Virus record (IMG/VR): IMGVR_UViG_3300023174_004998
Location: 32,551 to 96,550 of that record
DNA from: a virus
Direction: 5' to 3' (one strand)
Length of the DNA: 64,000 nt
Below, in pieces: positions 46,016 through 53,399 of this stretch (positions are counted from its first letter, which is position 1; every line of letters starts with the position of its first letter). The notes beneath the pieces were generated by a model. It was not told the origin of the DNA. It made no database searches and saw nothing but the letters and a program-made list of their open reading frames with translations. A program made the position numbers and the translations under genes.

Positions 46016-47470
46016 ATGATTGATTTGGTTATTATTTCGGTGCCTGGTGTGGTCAGCAGATTACCTCCGGCAGCTCCAGCATTGCTCAAAGCCAGTGTAG
46101 AATCTGCTGGGTTTAGTTGCCGTACCATCGATTATAGCATTCGACTTTATCAAGAAGACGTAGACATTGATGCGTTAGAAACATATTTCAGCACAGGACT
46201 CAACACAGAATGCAAACCCATTGCTGAAAAAATAATTGAAACCTGGGTGAAAGATTTGTTAAGTTTCAATCCTAGGTATATAGGAATCAGCGTATTCACA
46301 TATCAAAATCGTATAGCCACTGAATTATTTTGTCAGGCAATACGAAAAGTTTCAGATGCAAAAATAGTGTTGGGAGGCCAAGGACTCAGCGACGGTGGCA
46401 TAGAAGGCGCCTGTGGTTTTGGCAAAAAGATGACTGATAAAAATCTCGCCGACTTTTACATTCGCAGTGAAGGAGAAGTTAGTTTAGTTGAACTGCTCAA
46501 AAATAATACCACGTATCCAGGTATCAATTCAAATTCTTTCAAACAGATTGATGATCTAGATTCATTGCCCTTTCCAAACTATGACGACTATGAAATTGAT
46601 CAATACAAATCTCCAATACTGCCAATAACTGGCAGTCGAGGTTGCGTGAGATCCTGTTCTTTCTGTGACATACACGAACATTGGAAGTACCGATATCGCA
46701 GTGGGCAAAGCATGGCCGACGAGATAATATATCTCAATCAACGATACTCAGTGAATAATTTTAATTTTACAGACAGCTTGATCAACGGAAATCTTAGAGA
46801 ATTTAAAAAATTTACAAAGATACTTGCTGAATATAATTCCAACCGGACGCAAAAAATCACTTGGAACAGTCAGTTCATTGTGAGATCAGACAAAGAAGTC
46901 AATGAAGAGTATTGGAAAGATGCTGCCAATTCAGGAGCAAAAAATCTGTATATTGGAGTTGAGACTGGCAGTGATTCTGTGAGACATCACATGAATAAAA
47001 AATTTAACAATCAAGATCTTGACTACACTATGAAAATGCTTGAGAAGTACAAGATTACATGTACATTTTTGATGATAGTAGGATACCCTACAGAAACAGA
47101 TCAAGACTTTCAGGAAACACTGGATATGTTTACAAAGTACAAATATCTAGCACCGCATATCATTGTTGATATCAACGTTGGTAGCACAATGAGCATATTG
47201 CCCGGGACTCCTTTGTATTACCAAGCCGACGAGTTAAACCTTGAGTTAGACAAGTACGAAAACAATTGGGTAGCACTTGACAATCCTGATCTGACCTTGG
47301 ACAAACGATTAGAGCGTCGAGCCAAATTAAAACAACACCTATTGGATTCTGGTTATCATCTACGTCGAGATTCAACTGAGCACATGATGCAAATCTTAGA
47401 TGACAAAAAAGAAATGTTTAAAAAACGTTTAGAACTTAAAAAAATAATAAAAATTAAAAATATTTCTTAA
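46016..47470 (+). CDS. cobalamin-binding radical SAM protein (class B-like)
   Basis: B12-binding domain (GISVF, IVLGG, EGE); SRGCVRSCSFC; GVETGS; IVGYPTET. Confidence 0.88.
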   Translation: MIDLVIISVPGVVSRLPPAAPALLKASVESAGFSCRTIDYSIRLYQEDVDIDALETYFSTGLNTECKPIAEKIIETWVKDLLSFNPRYIGISVFTYQNRIATELFCQAIRKVSDAKIVLGGQGLSDGGIEGACGFGKKMTDKNLADFYIRSEGEVSLVELLKNNTTYPGINSNSFKQIDDLDSLPFPNYDDYEIDQYKSPILPITGSRGCVRSCSFCDIHEHWKYRYRSGQSMADEIIYLNQRYSVNNFNFTDSLINGNLREFKKFTKILAEYNSNRTQKITWNSQFIVRSDKEVNEEYWKDAANSGAKNLYIGVETGSDSVRHHMNKKFNNQDLDYTMKMLEKYKITCTFLMIVGYPTETDQDFQETLDMFTKYKYLAPHIIVDINVGSTMSILPGTPLYYQADELNLELDKYENNWVALDNPDLTLDKRLERRAKLKQHLLDSGYHLRRDSTEHMMQILDDKKEMFKKRLELKKIIKIKNIS

Positions 47471-47742
47471 TTATCATTGGTTGGCGGTAGTGCATGTCCA
47501 TTTTCTTGAAACATGCGTTCAATGGTAGCTGTATAATGTTTGTAATAGTAACTGACAATGGTATCCCAGTCTTTGGCACCAGTGATGCCGCCGAGACTAC
47601 ACAGCAAAACTTTTTGATCTTTGAAATCCAAAATCACACTTGACGTTTGCCAATCTTTAGACTTGAGTCTCTTAGAGATGGCCATGACTTCATCAATCTT
47701 GCCCGACGGTTTGGTATAATAGGTAAACAGTAAATATCTCAT
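47467..47742 (-). CDS. hypothetical protein
   Basis: ORF. Confidence 0.65.
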   Translation of the reverse strand: MRYLLFTYYTKPSGKIDEVMAISKRLKSKDWQTSSVILDFKDQKVLLCSLGGITGAKDWDTIVSYYYKHYTATIERMFQENGHALPPTNDN

Positions 47743-47743
47743 G

Positions 47744-48478
47744 TCATTCCAATGGTTTTTCGTTAGGTACAGCTAGTAAATCAAAAATTTCAGTTGTTTC
47801 AATGTTATAGTGGCTGTAGATATACTTTTCATTGTGCCCTTTTACAATTGATCTTAGATGATAATTATGTTCTTTAAAAAAATTGTACACATCAATTGGA
47901 CGAATTGAATAAGCATCGGTTGTCAACATTCCCGAAAACTCAAACATAATGTAAGGGCGGTGTTTTTTAATAAAATCACTGCCTGCTCTAATTATTTTTA
48001 AATCGTGTCCTTCTGCATCAATTTTAACAAATGGTATTTGAAATTTTTCAGGGATGCTGAGTTGATCCATGGTAGTAACACTGCATCGAACTGTGTTGTA
48101 ATTGACATTATCAAATCCAAATATAGACTTGTCTAAAAAATTTGTCCCAGCGTTGTCTGTTTTTTTGTGTACAAAAAAATCACTTTCGCCAACATAGTCG
48201 CTTAAGGCCTGATCCCAGATCACTATGTTTGTGTTGTTTTTAAATCGATCGCATAGATACTGATATGTTGTAGGAGCTGGGTCAAATGCCCAGATCTCAT
48301 CATCAGATGAAATATGCTTTTTAATTTGATCTGTGATGTCACCTACGTTGGCACCAATGTCTATCCACAAAGTGGGGCCACTGTATTGCTTTTTTAAATC
48401 ATAACAAAATCTGGATACCCATTCTCTTTGATCTACCTGGTAAGTATCAATATCAGTGTAGTTGGGAATCCAATACAA
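47744..48478 (-). CDS. FkbM-family methyltransferase
   Basis: IDIGANVG, ALSD, VKIDAEGHD, PYIMFE. Confidence 0.88.
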   Translation of the reverse strand: MYWIPNYTDIDTYQVDQREWVSRFCYDLKKQYSGPTLWIDIGANVGDITDQIKKHISSDDEIWAFDPAPTTYQYLCDRFKNNTNIVIWDQALSDYVGESDFFVHKKTDNAGTNFLDKSIFGFDNVNYNTVRCSVTTMDQLSIPEKFQIPFVKIDAEGHDLKIIRAGSDFIKKHRPYIMFEFSGMLTTDAYSIRPIDVYNFFKEHNYHLRSIVKGHNEKYIYSHYNIETTEIFDLLAVPNEKPLE

Positions 48479-48480
48479 TT

Positions 48481-49398
48481 TTATAATCCTGTTAGTTCTA
48501 CCAAAGTGGCACTGAGATTGATTTCTTGATCAGCTACCAATGGAATATTGACATAGCCATTACGGATAATCACAATGGCCTGATCTTGTTTGTGTACATC
48601 TTTGGTCCAGAGATCTAAATTATCATACATCCAACGGAAAACATCTTCCATTTCTTCAGGACGCACAGTGGAGCATATTAACTTTCTAGCTTCTAAGATC
48701 TTGCCTGCTTTGAACAAATTTACTGCATCAATCTTCCAGTCACGCACTCCACCTTCGTCGCCGTGTGGAGCAGTGAGTTGCCCTTCCTGGCTGTTCATCT
48801 GGCAAAGATTCAAACACTTTCGCATGTCTGGGTATGTTGCTTTGACATAGGTGTCGAGTGTGTCTAAATCAAACTCTACTGACTCTGAGACCAAAACAGT
48901 GGCCATACGTGCTGTAAATTCAGTAACGTCAACACGCTCAATATGAAATCCTTGGCATCTTGAATGAAGTGCGGGGATGACACGATTAGGATAGTTACAA
49001 GTAAGAATAAAACGAGCCGAAGCATGATAGGTCTCCATGACACCACGTAGTGCGGCCTGACCATTGGGACTGATGTAATCAGCCTCGTCTAGCAACACAA
49101 TTTTAAATGCACCAAATGGCATTGTTTGCACAAAGCCCGTGATTTTGTCGCGGATAGTGTCTACAGAGTTTTCACGCGACGCATTGATCTCTAATACATC
49201 ATAGTCATCAATGCCCAAGTTGTTGATCAAGATTTTTGCCAAGGTAGTTTTGCCCACACCCGGCGCACCACTAAACAACAAGTGCGGAATAGATTTAGAT
49301 TTAACCCAACCTGCCACTTGTTGTCGTTGTGCGTCATCGCGGAATACATAACCGTCTAGGTCACGTGGGCGATATTTTTCTGTCCAAAGTTCTTTCAT
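48481..49398 (-). CDS. clamp loader subunit (T4 gp44/RFC-like)
   Basis: WTEKYRP, GAPGVGKTT, EINAS, LLDEAD, SRC. Confidence 0.93.
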   Translation of the reverse strand: MKELWTEKYRPRDLDGYVFRDDAQRQQVAGWVKSKSIPHLLFSGAPGVGKTTLAKILINNLGIDDYDVLEINASRENSVDTIRDKITGFVQTMPFGAFKIVLLDEADYISPNGQAALRGVMETYHASARFILTCNYPNRVIPALHSRCQGFHIERVDVTEFTARMATVLVSESVEFDLDTLDTYVKATYPDMRKCLNLCQMNSQEGQLTAPHGDEGGVRDWKIDAVNLFKAGKILEARKLICSTVRPEEMEDVFRWMYDNLDLWTKDVHKQDQAIVIIRNGYVNIPLVADQEINLSATLVELTGL

Positions 49399-49595
49399 TC
49401 TGCTCTTCCTGTAGTGCAACTATCGCTCCACAATTCTTGTGCCTGCTTGCGATATTGTTCAAGTTCATATTCGTTTAGTTTAACACGATATGCTTCCTCT
49501 GTCAAGGCATGCCAGCCACAACATTTACCCGTTGGGCTCCGGCCGCAACCACAGGATGTTCCGCCATCTTTGATTTGGTCTGCTCTTATTTGCAT
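49395..49595 (-). CDS. CDGSH-type iron-sulfur-like small protein
   Basis: CGCGRSPTGKCCGWH resembles CxCxxS...CDGSH. Confidence 0.65.
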   Translation of the reverse strand: MQIRADQIKDGGTSCGCGRSPTGKCCGWHALTEEAYRVKLNEYELEQYRKQAQELWSDSCTTGRAE

Positions 49596-49636
49596 TATTT
49601 CCTTTAACGTATTAAGTTTTTGATAGTTTTTATTAA

Positions 49637-49665
49637 ATTATAAAATCTTGTACGGTAAATGTCAA
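49637..49665 (-). promoter_or_regulatory. consensus sigma70 promoter TTGACA-N17-TATAAT
   Basis: Exact consensus upstream of the clamp-loader operon. Confidence 0.88.
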
Positions 49666-49672
49666 CATATGA

Positions 49673-49749
49673 GGGATGATGCGGGCATCGACCTTGACGC
49701 CAGGCGCAATCAGGAGTGTAGTATTGCCCGCAGTGTTTACAACGATCCA
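49673..49749 (-). ncRNA. candidate structured RNA downstream of groES
   Basis: GGAU/AUCC, 8-bp UGCGGGCA/UGCCCGCA, inner CCU..UUGCGC/GCGUCAAGG; no U-tract. Confidence 0.35.
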
Positions 49750-50124
49750 TTATCTTCCAGAAACGGCTTCTGACATAGTGTCATCAGATCCTGGGTGTTC
49801 GTCGGAGACCAACAGTATGTCTTTGGGATCTATTTTGCGAATGGTTTTTTTGCCTTCGTTGTCTTCGATGTCCAAACCGCGAGTCCACCGACCGTGTGCT
49901 ACACAAATCCATTGTCCCACTGTGACATCTTGTTGCTCAGGGCCAATTTCGTACACTCGGCCCCAACGTGGTCGAATGCCTTCGGATTTTCCATTGTCGT
50001 TCATCAGAATAATTCCACTGGAAAGCTGTCGCCCAGTGAACTCCATGTCGCACACTAAAATGTTATCGCGCAGAGCTTTGATTTTTTCAATTCGATGTGG
50101 TTCAAATGCGGCTTTGGTATTCAT
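49750..50124 (-). CDS. groES: GroES/Cpn10-like co-chaperonin
   Basis: KALRDNILV, SSGIIL, GRVYEIGP, VTVGQW, KDIL. Confidence 0.8.
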   Translation of the reverse strand: MNTKAAFEPHRIEKIKALRDNILVCDMEFTGRQLSSGIILMNDNGKSEGIRPRWGRVYEIGPEQQDVTVGQWICVAHGRWTRGLDIEDNEGKKTIRKIDPKDILLVSDEHPGSDDTMSEAVSGR

Positions 50125-50579
50125 TAGATTTTATTCACTCCTGATTTTTCTTGAGCTTGTTGTCTTGGGGTTTTCAAAGGTTCTTGTTTGATCTGTCGAG
50201 CCTTGGCAATAGCGGCTGCCAGACCACCTTCTGGCAATCCTGATGTTTCCACCGGTGCTGGCTCTTCAATCACTGGTTCCTGGAATTCTTCAACTTCAGG
50301 CGCTGAAGTTTCTTGTGATAACACATCTGCTTCGGCCATTTCTCTAGCATGTCTACGACTGGTAGGAACTTGAGAATCTGATACGTTGGTAACTTGACGA
50401 TTGTATTGTCGATTTACCTGTTGGTTTCTTGACGCCACAGACCTATTGTTGCTGTCAAGTACATCACCGCGAGCATTGACCCGCATGTTTCCAACTGCAC
50501 GAGTATTTTCGTTTTGCAGTAATAATGCACCAAGATCTACGATCTTTCCTTGTGCAGTTCTATAAACTTTTTTTGTCAT
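50124..50579 (-). CDS. hypothetical late protein
   Basis: YRTAQGKIVD...AVGNMRVNARGD; AAGGAG SD; TAAATA at 50605. Confidence 0.7.
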   Translation of the reverse strand: MTKKVYRTAQGKIVDLGALLLQNENTRAVGNMRVNARGDVLDSNNRSVASRNQQVNRQYNRQVTNVSDSQVPTSRRHAREMAEADVLSQETSAPEVEEFQEPVIEEPAPVETSGLPEGGLAAAIAKARQIKQEPLKTPRQQAQEKSGVNKI

Positions 50580-50607
50580 TTGACACTCCTTGGATATGTT
50601 GGTGTAT

Positions 50608-51126
50608 TTAACGCAAGAATTCTCTAGCATCTAAATCATAATACATGGAATTGATCCTGTGTACACCCAACAAATACAGCACATAACTGGCTACCGAACT
50701 ACCTCGCCCAACTCCCCAAATCACATGATTTTCTTGCATGACATCCACTAGATATTTTAGATATCGTAGCAAATTGAACAAATCACGCTCTTGGAATAAC
50801 AATAACTCTTCGCCTACTCGCTGTAGCTCAACATCAGTTTTGCATAAGTTTAACACATGAGACGCAATGTCTAATTGCTTGTACTCATCGGGCATGTACC
50901 ATGTGCTCTGGCAAAGATGATCATAGGCTTCTTGAGTGAGATCATCTTTCGCCGGTTGACAGTATTCCAAAAAGGTTGGCACATTTTCCAGTATATGCGC
51001 CATGCTTTCAAGATCGATCTTGTCCACCAGCATGCCTTGAAACACAGCGAGATCATGCCCCTGCATCAAAAGATTGCAGACATCATCTTCTGTGTATATT
51101 TGTTCACCAAACTTATTCTTTATCAT
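50608..51126 (-). CDS. stand-alone fragment homologous to DNA polymerase III alpha (DnaE) palm region
   Basis: RVGEEL...YLVD...WGVGRGSSVASYVLYLLGVHRIN...EFL. Confidence 0.8.
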   Translation of the reverse strand: MIKNKFGEQIYTEDDVCNLLMQGHDLAVFQGMLVDKIDLESMAHILENVPTFLEYCQPAKDDLTQEAYDHLCQSTWYMPDEYKQLDIASHVLNLCKTDVELQRVGEELLLFQERDLFNLLRYLKYLVDVMQENHVIWGVGRGSSVASYVLYLLGVHRINSMYYDLDAREFLR

Positions 51127-51706
51127 CTTTGCGAAATGCTACCACAATGTTTTCTTTGTCGTTTTCTTCTTGGTCCCAGTTTAGTTCAAGACTTGGCCAG
51201 TTAGCAGTTTTGGTAGCAATACTGACCACTTTGCCCGCTGTTGGTTTGACGTCAGAACAAACAGGATCAGATGAATTCCACCAACCGCGTTCTTGAAAAG
51301 GGCCAATGGTTTCTGTTTCTGTTTGACTGTAAGTGATATTTTCTCCCAGTTCAGAACTGAGTTTTAGTTGTGTCATCAGTATCCGACCTTCCATTACCGA
51401 ATCTAACTTAGAGTATAACATCATCCCAATGATCTGGTCAACGGGTTGTTCGGGCAAACTTACCGTTCTCAACCCAGCGGCTTCTAGGCGTTTGATCGCG
51501 GCCTTTTCTCGACTGTCAACAAAAACAGAATTCTGCATTTGCACAAACAAAATATATTTGAGTCTTTCCAGTGCAATGTTTTGTTCTCTATGATCCTTGG
51601 TTCCTGTTACCATTTCACATCGCACCGAATAGCAGTTAAACATTACCTGGTCATTCCAGTAAACTGCTGATAGAAATTCTGCTGGGTATTCTATTTTGAC
51701 GTTCAT
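51113..51706 (-). CDS. hypothetical protein
   Basis: ORF. Confidence 0.65.
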   Translation of the reverse strand: MNVKIEYPAEFLSAVYWNDQVMFNCYSVRCEMVTGTKDHREQNIALERLKYILFVQMQNSVFVDSREKAAIKRLEAAGLRTVSLPEQPVDQIIGMMLYSKLDSVMEGRILMTQLKLSSELGENITYSQTETETIGPFQERGWWNSSDPVCSDVKPTAGKVVSIATKTANWPSLELNWDQEENDKENIVVAFRKDDKE

Positions 51707-51933
51707 GATATTTTGATTTTGTCGTTGAAATTCTGTTGTGCTTCTTCGTACTGCTTCTGCTGTTTTTCTCTCAATTTATTTTGATAACTTTCAATGGCCA
51801 TTCTTATTTGATTGCAAAGTTGACTGTTGCCTGAGCGATAGGCAATGTTAAGTTTGGTATGCAACTCGTTGACTTTTTCAAGAAGCTGGTCAGGAGTTAG
51901 GTCATCTAAATTACTAATGAGAGGATGTTCCAC
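51703..51933 (-). CDS. small helical hypothetical protein
   Basis: ORF, GTG start. Confidence 0.65.
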   Translation of the reverse strand: MEHPLISNLDDLTPDQLLEKVNELHTKLNIAYRSGNSQLCNQIRMAIESYQNKLREKQQKQYEEAQQNFNDKIKIS

Positions 51934-52374
51934 TTATAGGTCTCCAGGTTTTCTATTTTCTGAATAGTAGGGATCAAATGTACCACCGGGGTATCGACTT
52001 TCTAGTTTGCGTACATTTTCAGCTATGACATCATTGGGATCAAGATTGAGTGCTCTGCAAGCATTGATCCAATACCACATGATATCTCCCAGCTCACGTT
52101 TCATGTGAAACACAGCTTCTTCATTGAGTGCTTTGCCCTGGAAGAAAATCTTTTTGGGAATCTCGCAAAATTCCCCTGTTTCGGCTGCCATACCCAAGGC
52201 ACCAGTGAGCAACAGCGACACATTGACGTCTGGACCCTGAGTCATTACACCATCTACAACTTCATGATTGGTGTTGATTCTATCCAGGGTGTCGGTAAAC
52301 ACGTCTAAGTCATTGCTGGCTGGGCTGGTTACCGTTTCAACAAATTTGGTATATCGATTTAAATCAATTTGCAT
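51934..52374 (-). CDS. MazG-like nucleotide pyrophosphohydrolase
   Basis: LGMAAETGEFCE..KK...ELGDIMWY...NVRKLESRY. Confidence 0.88.
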   Translation of the reverse strand: MQIDLNRYTKFVETVTSPASNDLDVFTDTLDRINTNHEVVDGVMTQGPDVNVSLLLTGALGMAAETGEFCEIPKKIFFQGKALNEEAVFHMKRELGDIMWYWINACRALNLDPNDVIAENVRKLESRYPGGTFDPYYSENRKPGDL

Positions 52375-52378
52375 AAAT

Positions 52379-52424
52379 GAAAACTCCTCTACACTATATT
52401 AGCATAGAGGAGTGACGTTGTCAA
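52379..52424 (-). terminator. hairpin ACTCCTCTA/TAGAGGAGT-TTT with embedded promoter TTGACA-N17-TAATAT; the 3' arm is the SD of the MazG-like gene
   Basis: Perfect 9-bp inverted repeat, -10 box in the loop. Confidence 0.65.
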
Positions 52425-52433
52425 TGATTTTGG

Positions 52434-53339
52434 TTAAGCAACAACAGGGTAAACATCAGTGACATCTGGTCCGGTACTGGTGCAATACCAAGTTCCACCA
52501 ATATAAGTCAGCGTTGCTGATTGGCCTTGTCCGGTAAAGGTCACATTGCCTGCGGCAGCATTTTTCCATCCTGCTGAGGCCACTGTGAGCACTTGCGTGG
52601 TTGGCGATGCATTGCCACAAATTACCAATTTGGTTTGCCCAGTGTAGCCATTGGCTATGTTACCTGCCCAGCTGCCACTCTTGTTGATAATGGAAGTGGT
52701 TGTTGCCAGGCTCAAACTGATATTGGATGTGAGTGTTTCCAGTGATGGCAAATAGATTGGATCAGAGTTGCGGCTGAGATCTTCCACGGCTATGGTGGAG
52801 CCACCATCGCTGGTTGAAAACTTCAAGCTATAAGTACCGGCACGGTTGTAAGTTATCACATTGCTGGCATAGCCCTGCAACGTGGCGGTACCAATGCTTA
52901 CTGCGGCAGGTATGGTCACTGTGTAAGGTGTAGAACCTTGTGTGAGTTGTACTGTCCACTCTGCGTAGTTTCCTGCGCTGGGTATGTTTACAAATGCCAA
53001 ACTGATGTTGCCTGTGAGTTGGCCAATTTTGTAATAACTGCCTGCAGAAAAATCTATATTGATTGTTCCAGTAGTATCTGTTGGTGCGATGCGAGTATAT
53101 CGTGTACCTTGCAGTTTTGCATTTTTAATTACAGAACCGCCCATGTCATTGTCTAGGGTAGTTCCAGTCAAGGCAGCTTTCAATACTACTTTGGATTGCA
53201 GATCGTCAATTTCGTCGGCTGCGAATTCAAAGTTGGTTTTGATGTTCGTGAAATTATCACGAAATCCTTGAGAATCGTTGTCCTGACCTGCTACTGGGTA
53301 CGCAGTATCTATGTTGTTTGGGTTGATATTTGATGACAT
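52434..53339 (-). CDS. virion structural protein (tail/baseplate)
   Basis: YPVAGQDNDSQGFRDNF N-terminal motif; beta-rich C-terminus; late promoter. Confidence 0.7.
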   Translation of the reverse strand: MSSNINPNNIDTAYPVAGQDNDSQGFRDNFTNIKTNFEFAADEIDDLQSKVVLKAALTGTTLDNDMGGSVIKNAKLQGTRYTRIAPTDTTGTINIDFSAGSYYKIGQLTGNISLAFVNIPSAGNYAEWTVQLTQGSTPYTVTIPAAVSIGTATLQGYASNVITYNRAGTYSLKFSTSDGGSTIAVEDLSRNSDPIYLPSLETLTSNISLSLATTTSIINKSGSWAGNIANGYTGQTKLVICGNASPTTQVLTVASAGWKNAAAGNVTFTGQGQSATLTYIGGTWYCTSTGPDVTDVYPVVA

Positions 53340-53399
53340 TTTTAGTCCTAGTTTAATAGGTATATTTACCTAGAATTGCGTTAGGTAGTAAGTTATCCA

